Shown here in pieces: positions 11,570 to 24,036 of a stretch of 64,000 bases of DNA (positions are counted from its first letter, which is position 1; the number at the start of each line of letters is the position of its first letter). The notes below the pieces were generated by a model. That model worked only from the letters and a program-made list of their open reading frames with translations. It did no database searches and was not told where the DNA came from. The position numbers and the translations under genes were made by a program. The stretch comes from Felis catus (taxonomy: Eukaryota): NCBI RefSeq assembly GCF_018350175.1, contig NC_058368.1:229402001-229466000 (forward strand), written 5' to 3'.

Positions 11570-12625
11570 TCTTTTTACTGCTTTCTCTACTCACTCAGGA
11601 GTCTTTCCTCTCCCCATGAAGTAATTGTTGCTTCTATGGTTTCAATGATAGATTTAAGGCAATTACTCCAGAAGTCTGTGCATTGGCCAAACCACCTATT
11701 TAAGTTGTTAATTAAACCACTATCCCACTCTCTATTATTCTCTATTAAAGTACTTCCTAAAATAATTATTGTTAGGATTTACAGTAACACAAACTATAGC
11801 AACATATATTAATAACCCTCAATATACATATAATATATATCTTATTCACTTAGTAGTTAGTCAACAAATATTGTTGAATATAATGAGTGAAAGCCTGACT
11901 GAATAAACAAACATCACCAAATCTTATGTATCTTTTCTGAATAAATATTTCTGGGCTTCACTTATGATTGCTTTCCTTACTTCAGTCTCCAACATCCAAG
12001 CTCTTATCATCTCTTTCCTGAACCACATCCATGTTTTCCGTCTGAGTGTTACAGAGCTTGTGGTCAGTTTACCACCTGCAGTAAAAGAAATCCCTTAAAA
12101 ATCTATGTCTGGTTACAACTATTTTTTTCTATATTTTACTCTTTAGAGAATGATATCCAAAACTTTGGCAGTTTTCAAAGAGCCGCACGTTCTGGCTTCT
12201 GCAAACTGCACCAACTGAGTCTCCAGGAAATTTTGCTGCCCCTTTCTCCCAAGGGACTTCGGCCATAACCCTATTCCTTCAACTTCATAGTGTATTGTAC
12301 TCTTAGCTTCTTGCATTCAAACATGGTTTTCCCTCTGCCTACGACCTTCTTCCTCACTCCATCGTCCTAACTTTCTCCTGCCTAGCCTACAGATGTAACT
12401 ATTAGGTTCACTTCTCAGAGAGGTGGGAAGAGAAGATAAACTAATTACCTGGTCCAGATTCAGCTTCCCTGATACAGAGGCACACAATGCTGCAGCTCTC
12501 TTTCCTAACAATCCATTACTCTAATAATTGTTTGCTTAATTTCCCTAATCCTTGTATTTTCCAGCACCTACCATGCTAGTATTTGTCATTGTGTGATGAT
12601 CGACAAATTTTTCTTGAATGAATGA
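11570..12625 (+). mobile_element. Ancient L2 fragments
   Basis: ccaagctcttatcatctctttcctgaaccac; L2 3' end ...cttgaatgaatga. Confidence 0.45.
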
Positions 12626-13496
12626 TGCATCTAAAATATTAACAAATGTAATATTTGAATGCCTCTGGGTCTTTTGCCCTCAGATGGATTCCTCACACTT
12701 TGCCTATACTGCCATAAAAAACACATACCTGACCACTGAAAGGGCCTCTTTCCCTGGCCTTTTTTTTCAGGTCTTCCACTGTAGTTGGTCCACCGGAAGA
12801 CTGGAGAGTAGGCAGGGAAGAAGCTACTATGTCTCTTCTCCTTGTTCTCCACCCCAAACCTTATCTCCATCACTCCCACCTTCTGCACTCCAATTTGATC
12901 CCTACTTGACAGGCTGCTGGAGCTCCAAGTTCTACCCTCGGCTAACTGATTCTTTATGTCCCTCCAGACAGCTGGTCCTACAGGCTCCCTATGCTTTCTG
13001 TTCTAGTGAAATCACAGACCTTCATTTGACTTCTAGGTCTCCCATTACTTCTGTTAAAATGATTTGCTCTATATTCACTTTGTTTCAAATAAACAAAGGG
13101 GTTCCTACTTTTCTGGATATACCTTGCCTAATCTCTAGGTTGATGATGGACTGAAACAGGGAATTTATCAACAATAGATCTTTGCAAGAATTGTTGAAAG
13201 AAGTTATTCAGAGAGAAGTAAAATGATGGTCAGAAATTGAAATCTACATAAATAAAGAACACCAGAAGAAGGACAAATCAGGCGAAATAAAATATTTATT
13301 TTATTTAATTTTATTTTTTAGAATAACATGCTGTGAACTGAGTGATAATTGAAATACAATTATAAAAACTTGTAGAATGCAGCAAAACAATACTTAAATA
13401 ATATTATATAGCCTTTAATATATATACAGAAGAAGAAAAAGGCTGAAAAATGAGTTAAGCATACCCCTGTGAAATGAAATTCATAACAAATTACAT

Positions 13497-14449
13497 TCTG
13501 TGCCCATTTTTAATCAGATTATTTTTTTTTTTAGTGCTGAGTTGTATGTTCTTTATATACTTTGGATATTAACCCATTATTAGACATATCATTTGCAAAT
13601 ATCTTCTCCCATTCAGCAGATCACCTTTTTGTTTTGTTGATGGTTTCCTTCACTGTGTAAAGCTTATTTATTTTGGTGTGATCCCAGTAGTTTATTTTTG
13701 CATTTGTCTCCCGTGCCCAAGGAGCATATCCAGAAATATGTTGCTCTGGCCAATGTTAAAGTGATTAATGCCTATGTTTTCTTCTAGAAGTTTTATGGTT
13801 TGAGGTCTCACATTTACATCTTTAATCTATTTTGAGTTTATTTTTGTATAGGATGTAAGAAAGTGGTCTAGAAATACCATATGATCCAGTAATCCCACAG
13901 CTGGGTATTTATTAAAGAAAATCAAAATAGTAATTTGAAAAGATATATACAGCCCTATGTTTATAGCAGCGTGATTTACTAATGCCAAGATATGGAAGCA
14001 ACCCACATGTCCATCAATAAATGAATTCATAAGGAGGATGTGGCCCATTACTCAGCCATAAAAAAGAATGAAATCTTGCCATTTGCAATAACACGAATAG
14101 ACCAGGTGGGTATTATGCTAAGTGAAATAAGTCAGACAGAGAAAGACAAGTACCATATGATTTCACTTATATGCAGAATTTAAAAAGCAAAGCAAACAAA
14201 CCAAAAAACATACTCTTAAATACAGTGGTTGCCAGAGGGGGAGGTGGGTGGGAAATGGGTGCAATAGATAAAGGGAACTATGAAAAGTACAGCATAGGGA
14301 ATATAGTCAATAATATAACAACACTGTTTGGTGACAGATGGTGACCACACTTACCATGGGAGCACTAAGTAACATATAAAATTATTTAATCAATATGTTA
14401 TACACCTGAAACTAATATAGCATTGTATATTAATTATACTTTAATAAAA
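13497..14449 (+). mobile_element. 5'-inverted L1: antisense ~13497-13871, sense ~13870-14449
   Basis: Antisense ORF2 segment joins at ...gtggtctag|aaataccatatgatccag to the sense ORF2 end, 3'UTR and aataaaaa. Confidence 0.88.
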
Positions 14450-15267
14450 ATTATATCCCCTAAAATAGAAAGTAATAATAGGAGTAACAGTAGAAAATAG
14501 ATTCAGGAGATCAGCAAAAAAAATTATCACTTTCTGAAAAAACTAATACACTTGATAAATTCTTGGCAAGAACAATTGAAAGAAAATGTGAAAAGAATCT
14601 GGAATAAATAGGGACTTCACTACAGAGTCTATGGGTATAAAATTAATGTAAGAATGTATTATGAACAAATGTTCACCAATACATTGGAAAACTGAAATTG
14701 AATCAACAAAGTAATGAAAACTTCTTAAACCTTATGACAGAGAAAACTAAAATTTGAAAAACTTATATGGAGTATACAACTAAATATCTTCCTAAAAAAA
14801 ATCTCAAGGTCCAGATGATTTTATTCTAGGGAATTCAACCAAACATTTGAGAAACAAGTCACGTCAGTCATAGACATCTCTTCAAGAAATAAGAAAAAAA
14901 TAGGAATATGCAACAAGTAATTTTGTTTTCTACTATAGACTTGATAACAAAATCCTGATAAAAGCATTAGAAGCAAAGAAAATATGTACTTTTGTACACA
15001 CACACACACACACACTTTGAAGTAACATAGAGGAATAAGTTCATGAGTTTGGTAAAGAAAAAGATTTAAGACATTAAGAACACTAACACTACAGAGAAAA
15101 AATATTGATAAATTGGACTGCCTGAAATAGAAACTCTTCTTCACCAAAAAACACTTTTAACAAATTGAAAAGCCAAGCCACAGAGTGAGAGAAGATATTT
15201 ACAGAATACACACTGAAAAACAGCTCCTATCTAGAATAACCAAAACAGTAACAGAAAAAAAAAAATA

Positions 15268-15365
15268 AGTTTTATTCAAGTAATCTCTACATCCAACATG
15301 GAGCTTAAACTTGAACCCTAAGATCAAGAATCACATGCTCTTCCAACTGAGCCAGCGAGGAGCCC
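15268..15365 (-). mobile_element. Short tRNA-derived carnivore SINE
   Basis: aagtaatctctacatccaacatggagctt...ccaactgagccagcgaggagccc; same type as 4094-4200. Confidence 0.8.
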
Positions 15366-16222
15366 AACTGCCAGAAAATTTTAGAAAGACATCCCAAACA
15401 AACAATGCACCAAAGATTACTAATTGTAATGATTAAGCACGGAGGTACAATCGTGATCAATATATTCTATAGGAGTTATTATTGCACACCTTCCAAATGA
15501 TTGAAGAAAAGAGCCACTTACTACGCCCACTGTTGCCAAGGCTGTAGGACAAAGAAATTCTCCCACACTGGGGGTGTGAGCACCCATTGGTCCAATCACT
15601 TTGGAGCACTGTGTGGAAGTCAAGATACACTAAAGTTGAACATCAACACAATTCCATCCTTCAGAATATTTCAGGTGTATGCACGTGGGTATCAAGACCC
15701 AGGTACAAGAAAGTTCAGAGCTGAATTACCCTTAGCAAATATAGGAAACAACTCAAGTGCTAATCAGCAATGGATTGCCCACTAGTGAGCATGTAAAGAA
15801 CAAACAATAGCTACATGAAACAACTTGAAGAAATAATCTGAAGATCTTGTGTGAAAGATGCCTAACACACATACAAAAAAAAAAAATGCAATTTTATGAT
15901 TCAATTTACTTTAAGTAATAAACAGATAAAACTCAATTTTAAGATTTAATGATACTTATTTTCTTTTTAAGGGCGGACAGATTAATGACTGGGTGGAGAC
16001 ATAAACGGCCCCTCTGGCGCTGAAAGGATCAGTGTAATGACCTGCTCTAGAGTATAAATGAGTTCACTTTGTGGTAATTCATTGGGCCCTTCAGTTAGGA
16101 TTGTCCTCTTTTTTCTAGGTTTGTTACACTTCAAATAAGGTTTCAAAAATAAAGAACAAAGTCTTTGCTGTTTGCTTCAGAAGAGATTATATTTACCCTG
16201 CATTTTAAAATATGTTACAACA

Positions 16223-16425
16223 GGGGCACCCGGGGGGGCTCAAACATCCGACTTCAGCTCAGGTCATGATCTCTCGGTTCGTGAGTTCAAGCCCTGCATT
16301 GGGCTTAGTACTGACAGCCTGGAGGCTGGAATCTGTTTCAGATTCTGTGTCTCCCTCTCTCTCTGCCTCTCCCCTGTTCATGCTCTGTCTCCTCTTTCTC
16401 GAAATAAATAAACATTAAAAAAATT
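16223..16425 (+). mobile_element. CanSINE
   Basis: TSD aaaatat(g/c)ttacaaca at 16207-16222 and 16426-16441. Confidence 0.94.
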
Positions 16426-17134
16426 AAAATATCTTACAACAGTCATTTACCCCATTCTCTAGCAGGAAAAAAAAGTGTGCAATATTCTGTAAAAAATTCC
16501 TGTATATAGAGAGGCAGAGAGGAAGGGTAGACAGAGAGGAAGAGAGGTAAAGGAACTAAAAAGAGAGGGGGATGATATTTAGTATTTATCATCCCAGGAA
16601 AGAAGAAGCTACTGTATCTGATAGTAAAATAACCACATTATATTTACCTCTAGTAAGAAAAATAAATCTGACTATTCAGCAGCACATTTATAAGCAAAAT
16701 ATTTAAAACACTGCTTTCCAAACTAGACTTTTTAAAGGTTAGATTTTTTTTTCAAAATAAATGTGAAATTTTTGAGACATGGATATGTTCTGAAAGTCTT
16801 ATTGTTATTATTAATAGTAGTCATAATCAGATAGGCATATTAGGGGGTATGTAAAATTCTAAAGTATCTATTTTAATATCTGATAAGAGGTGATATATAA
16901 ATAAATGTGTTCCTCTGGTGAAGAACTTTCCATAAGACTACATATTCCAACTATACCTAGCAGATACAGCTATATACAGATCAACCTGTCTCCCTACCTG
17001 CTCTCCTACATATAACAGAAGTTCCTATCAAAATTTCACTATTTTGCTAGGTTTCACATTTTGGATATATTTTTGTTTATTTGTTCTTTCCTCTCCTGGC
17101 AAATAACCAAGAAGAGGAAAAGAAGAATAATTAT

Positions 17135-17310
17135 GATAATAACAGTTATTGAACATTCAATGAGGCAGATGTAAAGCTAGGCACATTACTTTGATTGATT
17201 GATTTAATTCTCACAATGGCCCTGTGAATTAAATATGATTATCATGTTATTTTTGCATACAAGTATCACAAAACCAGTAAATGGTAGAGCCAGGATTCCC
17301 ACCGTGCAGG
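17135..17310. mobile_element. MIR fragment
   Basis: atttaattctcacaatggccctgtg...agtaaatggtagagccaggattc. Confidence 0.6.
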
Positions 17311-18599
17311 GTCTATGAGAATAGATGAGAAATGACTAGGATATCCTCCAGAGGAAATCCGCATCTCCCAAACACCCTTTCCCCACCTCCGTAAATGCAT
17401 CCATGTCTGTTCTAGCCCCCTCTGAAAACTCCGAAGATGCGGCAGCCATAATTTCAAGGTTCATCAACATGTACGAGTGTGTAGAAGTGTATGTGGGTGC
17501 ACGGATTTAACCACATCTATTTCCACAAGAAACGAGTTTCCTTCAACATTGTGTGTTTTAATTTTACCATTTGAGCATTTACCTCCACACAGACTGATGT
17601 CTACTAGTAGAATCTCGTAAGTCGTTTCTCTTGTATTTCCTTGCCTTCTCACAGGGAAAAAACACTGCTACATACAAATTTCAAGAACCTGTGTTGAAGC
17701 AAATTTCTTGAGAGGCAGCCTTAGCAAGAGGCTCAGTCTGACCAACCACCACTCTTGCCCTCCTTTCGAGAACATCTGCCACCAAATGGAGTGTCAACTC
17801 GGTACCTACAGGAAGGGTTACTTTGTCATCCCAGCCCTCCCTAAAAGCCTTCTCCACTTCTGGGAGTAGCGCTTGGCCACTTGGAGACAGCCTGGATCTC
17901 AGCACAGCTGCAGGACCCCTTCCACCATATAACTCGCTCTGAGGCCAGCATGCCCCAGGGCAGACCCTCAGATGAACTGTCCTCTTTAGACCAGTGCCCC
18001 TTTCTATCGTCTGCTTCTTTACCCCCAGCTTCTTCCCACATTCCGGAGAGGTTTTCTACAGAATTGTCTCTTTCTTGACGATCTGCACACTCACCCCCAT
18101 CATCATGACATTTTAAAATATTTGCCCCACTGAGCCTCCATACTTTACCTGAAATGAGACTCTCCAGAATCTTTAAAGTTGAAAGTTGTTTTCACTATGC
18201 TTGTTTTCATCCCCTTTCAAATCATAATAACAGTGTCTTCAAAATCTCTGTCCCTAAAGCTCTCCAACCTTCCCCCCTTTGGCATCACTCTTCTTAACTG
18301 ACCTGGCGAACACTCTCCGCTCAGCAGACTCTGGCACTTTGATGCACTCTCTCCACCCCTGCACAACTTTCTGCTTTGCCTTTCACCTGACATCCGTATT
18401 ACAACATGTGCTTTATTTTCCTTCATACAACCAGTATTTCCATGCCAGTATTTTCAGAGGCTCTAATTTTGTTACTTTAAATGAGTGTCCCTTGAAAACA
18501 GCTGATTACCTAGGTTGTCTGCAGCCCTGAGATGATCTCCAGTTCATCCTTACGCTTATATCGATTTGCTTAACTATCTTCCCACCATCTTAGTTCATG

Positions 18600-19500
18600 G
18601 TTTCTACTTATGCCTTCTCGTTTGCTTTTCCGTCATATTTTTCTTTTGATGATTGGAACAAATTTTCTTTGTTTCATTCACCTCACATTTAAAGATGTAT
18701 TTTTTCCAGTACAGTCTGGAGTTGAACATAATGTATCTTACCTCTGAATAAGAAAAGCATCTTAGCATATTTCCACTTTTCTCCCCTATCACCACCCCTA
18801 CCCATTTTGAAACCTCTTGGGATTTTTCTTTTTTAATTATAGCAACAATTTTTTGACAACAATTATTTAGACACATATTTTAAGCTTTATTGTTACTCTT
18901 AGTATTACCATTTCTCTTAGCCTAAAATGTCCTTGAATCTATTCATTCTTCAACAATTCTTTCAGGGAGATCCCGTAGTTGTTAAAAGTTTCTGAACCTT
19001 CGCATATCCAAAAAACGTCTCCAATTATCCTTTCCCACAAATTCTAAAATGTCTGGGTAGACGAATCTAGTTTCAAATTCATTTTCCTTGAGAATATTTA
19101 CAATGTTGCTTTTTGCCATCCATGCTTAATGTATTTAATAAAAATTTCATTATGAATCCAATTCACTTTCCCATGTAGATAACCTAGGTCTTTTCACTCT
19201 GCTTTTCATTCTCTACAGTAGATTGTTTTCATTCTTAATTCATGGACAATGATATTTTAAGTTTCAACATATGTTCTTTTCTACTTGGTAACACTATTCT
19301 TTGTGGGAATTCAGTTATGTCCATTGTCTCTAAATATATTTATTTTAAGTCTCTAAATGCTTTGGGAAGTCTCCTCAGGAGTCCCACGGTTAATTATTCT
19401 GCTGGTTAAGGCTGATGGCTCTTTCAGGTTACTGCATTTCTTCAAGTAATTAGCAAGGTTTGATTTTTCTACTTTTCTGTTAATTTGATAATCCATGTTC
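18600..19500 (-). mobile_element. Old L1M fragment (ORF1-region-like), antisense
   Basis: ttcattcacctcacatttaaagatgtattttt; ttccttgagaatatttacaatgttgc; T-rich degenerate pattern. Confidence 0.5.
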
Positions 19501-19894
19501 ATTTGTCTTGGAATACAGATGTGATTGATGGCAAGATCTTGTTTCTTGTCATTGTGCATGTTGGGGAAGGCCATGCTGCCTCCTGGGATGAGTTAGCATC
19601 TGGATCTCGTGTTTCTTGAAGCTCCCTGTCTCCTCGAGGTGGTACTACCTTGAAGGGACACAGTCCTTGCAGCTCCAACAACTGCCAGCAGCTTCAATTC
19701 TTACTCAAACACACTTGCCAACCTCTGCTTCTTCAAGCAGTGTTGGGGCACCGGCAAGGAGAAAGCAGCCTGCTTCCCCAAATTCTCTGATTAGCGAGCC
19801 TATTGTTATGTTCTCTGGCTTCCCATTCGGGTCCATCCAAGCATTTAGCAAGCCAGGAGTCCTCCCGCCTCCACAACGTTCATTTGCATGTTTT

Positions 19895-21215
19895 ATATTG
19901 CTTAGGGTTTGATCAGAGAAACAAAACTAGTTTGCATGACATGAAATAGGGCATTAATTGTAGTGATTCATCCCTACTCAGTGGGAACTCAAAAGGAAGC
20001 CTTTGGAAAGCCTCTTGCTGTGGTGGCCTGCGGCCAGTGTCATGAGTCCAGAAAAACAGCTGGATGTGCGGCAGAGAACAGCAAAGGCAAATTCAGACCA
20101 ATGAGGACAAACTGAAACCCTCAAGGACAAAGGGATGCCTGTGTCGGTATCTCACCGTCTCCAACTTTGTGCAAATGATCTCCAGAAGGAGCTGGCAACC
20201 TTCTCATAGGTGCCTGCCCCAGGCTGTGGAAACCCTGAAGGAAGGGTACCCTCTGGGCTAACCAGCTGGTAGATCAGAGAGGATGTGTGTGAGCAACAGA
20301 ACCTCTGTGTCCCCTGGTGATCTTCAGACCACAATGGTTACTGGTCCCATGTCGCCTTCACATCTTGCACACCTTCTCTAATCCAGTATGGACGATAAAG
20401 AGAATTCTGGGAAACATACCCATGTTGCCATAGTTCGACACTACCACCGTCAACCTCCTGTCTTGGCATCGTGCACATCTCTTTCAACCGTACTTAATTT
20501 TTGAGTACAGAAAATCATGCTTTCACCTCCAATGTTTTTGTTTCTTCTCATACACAGAACATTTCAACTGCTCCTCAAACATAATACACAGTTTCATTAT
20601 CTACCTTTGGGCGATGTTCTCTCCTTTGGAGCTGAGTCACACCACCCTTAATAGGCTGTAGCCCCAATACTAATATTTAAGATTACCTGCTTCTCACACC
20701 CCTATAGGAGTCGGTAGGTGTACGGAAGGAAGGGAGAATCGGTTAATCCTATTTTAATACAGTTCACACCACAATAAGTCAGAAATACTCAGAACTATTA
20801 CAACCCTCATTTCCACAATTGTTCACATGGTTATAGCTCTTATGTTGTTCCTTCATTACTCATGCCTTATTTTCTTCACCATCTGCTAGCATTTTGGTGT
20901 AGTTCTTTGTCTGATGGGGTGGCCCAAATCATCTTTATTTCTGCAGGTTTTGAGCCATGAGCAGGACAGTCTTGGCTCTTTGATGTTTCTGCAGTTTTCC
21001 ATTCATTGTTATCCAGGACATGGGACAACTGCGAAGTGCCCCAGATGGTATCTTATATTCCAGACATTAACCTCCTTACTCTCATTGAGTACTAGCAATG
21101 CAATTTTTCTTTAGTATGATCAAATTAATTTCTGCAGCCAGTACAGTAATCCCTTCATTAGGATGAGGAACCCAATGTTGCCAAATGTCAGTTTCATCAT
21201 CCACTTTTTCATTAA
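19895..21215. mobile_element. Ancient ERVL-class LTR (~19895-20450) plus internal remnant
   Basis: ttagggtttgatcagagaaacaaaactag start and gagaattctgggaaaca end resemble ERVL LTRs; downstream sequence resembles ERVL internal sequence. Confidence 0.5.
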
Positions 21216-21227
21216 AGTAAAAGTTTA

Positions 21228-21800
21228 ACATTTTTTTCTTTAAAATCCAATTAGTTAACATATAGTATAATATTAGTTTAAGGTGTACAATGGAGTGATT
21301 CAACACAGTCATATAGCAGCCAGGGCTTAACACAGCAAGTGCATTCCTTAACCTCCATCAGCTATTAAAAGTAAGCTTTTTGTCGTAAAATACATTTACA
21401 TTTGTGGGAAAGGTGTATAGATAGTATAGAAATTTCCTGTGGATCACTGTGTCCCCTATTGTTCACAGCTTACATTGGTATGAAGAATTTGTCAAAACTA
21501 ATAAACCAATGTTGGTTTATTATTAGCAAAAGGATTCAAATGCCCTTAGTTTTCCCTCATATCCTTCTGTTTCAAGATCCCCTCCAGGATATTACATTGC
21601 ATTTAGTTTTCATATCTCCTTAAGCCTCTTCTCGGTTGTTACATTTTCTCAGACCCCGTCTTAATGACTTTGATGAAGCCTTTAATAGTTTTAAGGAGTA
21701 ACGATCAGGCATATTGTAAAAGGTTCCTGAATAGGTATTTGTCTGATGTTTTCCTCATGATTAGACTAAGGTTATAGGTTTTTGTGAGGAAGACCTTTTG
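21228..21800 (-). mobile_element. Two L1 3'-end fragments (carnivore-type ~21228-21360; L1MC-like ~21375-21800)
   Basis: ttagttaacatatagtataatattagttt; caggatattacattgcatttagtt; tttcctcatgattagactaaggttat. Confidence 0.7.
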
Positions 21801-22059
21801 GAGGAAAGATTTTCCATTTTAATGGAAAGAGTACTACGCCTTGTCCCCAGATGGTATCATTCCTTCCTTGAGAGTAAGACCTATAGACAACAGATGTTGT
21901 CCTTTGAACATCCGATTTTGAAAAGTCTGTTGTGGAGTATGTTAACATAATGTCAGTGTCCTCCTAAGGAATTGACTCTCTTCCCTTTGTTATAAAAATG
22001 TAAGCATAAAAGTGTCCCTTCCTCACAAAGCATGCATAATTTGATCTGCTGAACCAATC

Positions 22060-22770
22060 TGTTGTAGACTCTGGGTCTAAAGTGCTCTCTTGCCTAGCAA
22101 GAGAGCAGGACGCAGGATGAAAAGTGAGAGATGTCTCATGTCCAGGAAAAGACAAGAGCCCCAAATAAGGGTCTCGCTCCATTTTTATTAGGATCAGAAG
22201 GCTTACAAATGTGGCGACGGAGGCGCACAAAGAGACAATGAAACTCTGAACCTTAACTTGAGGACGGGAGGAAAAGGGGGTCTTGAAGATATTTGGGGTT
22301 AAGGTTTTGGGTTAATACAAAGCAAAATCCGGGCACCAGGCGGAAGGTTGTTTACAGTGAACACCTCTGTTTATCTTAACTAGCCCAGGGGATGAGACAG
22401 ATAGGACACATGACCTCAGTGTTAACAAGGCACGTTTCTTAATCATCTCCACTCTGGGCTGCTTCACCTGCTGCGCAGCAGTCTATAGCCCAATTTACCA
22501 GTTTACCTAGCTTGGTCCTTCCTTCCTGTGAAAGCAGCTTTCTGCTATTGTACTAAATTGCGGGGGGGGGGGGGAGGTGCTTCCACCCTGAATATCTAAT
22601 CTTGTTTATTTCATGTACCTATGTATTGTGTGCCTTTGCACCTCCCTATTCTTGGTTGTCTTGTCTTGTTTACCCAAACTCAGGTGTGAGCATCCTGTGG
22701 CTTTGCAATTCTTTATGCCTTGTTAACCCATTGGCATAATTCCGGGGAATTTCTAGGCTTATTCCCCACA
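22060..22770 (-). mobile_element. Solo LTR, 711 bp, probably class II (ERVK/betaretrovirus-like)
   Basis: TG...CA termini, perfect 6-bp TSD ccaatc (22054-22059 and 22771-22776), minus-strand start TGTGGGGAATAAG, minus-strand AATAAA at ~22184-22189. Confidence 0.9.
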
Positions 22771-22981
22771 CCAATCATCAAAAATACAATCTGAGATATG
22801 TTTTGTGTTCAGTTTATATTTTAAAGGGGAACCTGATGATAGTAACACTAAGAGAAATTTGAATGAGGCTACGGTTTCCAGATTTTGGCCCATCTAAAAT
22901 CTTGAAACTATTTTTCTAATAATTATCTATATATACATTTATCATTTACAATATACGTTTGCTCTGCTAATCATGATTTTA

Positions 22982-23177
22982 GTTTACTTTTTAAAGTTTT
23001 TTAAATTTATGTTGAGGTGGGGAGGGGCAGAGAGAGAGGGAGATTGAAAATCCCAAGTGGGCTCCATACTGTTGGCACAGAGCTCGATACAGGGCTTGAT
23101 CTCACAAACTGTGATATCATGGCCTGACCCAAAACCAAGACTCAAACGCTTAACCGACTCAGGCACCCAGTTGCCCC
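22982..23177 (-). mobile_element. CanSINE
   Basis: TSD ctaatcatgatttta at 22967-22981 and 23177-23191. Confidence 0.93.
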
Positions 23178-23758
23178 TAATCATGATTTTAAAAACCATC
23201 ATGATGTAAGTGGCAATTCATAATTCAAAACAAATGCCAAGTACCTCCTTGGCAGTCAAACACACAAATTTATTATAGTGAGATTAAAACTACAACTTTC
23301 CCACATGATTTTAAGTATTTTTGTGTCAATATGACCAAGTGTCTTAAATATTCATAATAGGTGTGGAAAAATAGTATATATTTGTTGCAATATGCTTAAT
23401 TCTAAAATCCTTTAAAGTATGGATGCTATAACTTATTTTATATGACAATAATAAAAAATATTTGAGGCAGATAAACCTTGATACATTCTCCAGAAAGATA
23501 TGACCAAAATATTCTGCAAACATATTTTTTTCAGTTTGTGTAGCTGTGTGCCCCAAACTATCCAACCAACTGAAAATGAAAAAAATAAAAATAAAAAAAA
23601 TAATAAAACCCTGTATCTTTGCTGCAAGTTGTGGGGCTTCACAAGGATAGGATGGTAAGTAGAACTCCCAAGAACCATGTCTAATTGGTTTTTTTATGCC
23701 TAAGAAATATGTAAATTTTAAGTAACGGACTGAAATAAAAAGAAATCAGTGCATTCCA

Positions 23759-23821
23759 TACTATTATTCTATATGTTAACTAACTGGAATTTAAACTAAA
23801 ACTTAGAAAAGAAAAAAAAAC
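23759..23821 (+). mobile_element. Minimal L1 3'-terminal insertion (~60 bp)
   Basis: tatatgttaactaactggaatttaaa plus A-tail; TSD agaaatc(a/t)gtg(c/t)attcca at 23741-23758 and 23822-23839. Confidence 0.8.
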
Positions 23822-24036
23822 AGAAATCTGTGTATTCCAGATTGTGGCAGACTTTCATAATACATTCTTCATGATTTCTTTTTTCACTTGTCAATTAAAT
23901 CAACACAAATTAGGACCTTTTTCGCCAGTGTCTCTGCTTTGAAAACAAAGCAACAAATATAAAGAATAGTGCAGAGTTGTTTGAGCAAGTTTCCACCTTG
24001 ACAATTTTGTTGTGTCATCAAGAATGATTTGTGAAA

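Larger units (their letters stand above)
13155..16150 (+). mobile_element. Old L1M-type element (ORF1 end, ORF2 pieces, 3'UTR), interrupted by younger insertions
   Basis: Degenerate sense-strand L1 motifs (aaaacttgtagaatgcagcaaaac; caaggtccagatgattttattctagggaattcaaccaaacattt; gtaggacaaagaaattctcccacactgggg). Confidence 0.7.

Noticed and set aside
12618..13154. 178-aa ORF, the longest in the track
   Set aside because: Starts in an L2 end, has Ser/Pro/Leu-rich random-looking composition, no recognisable domain and no gene context.
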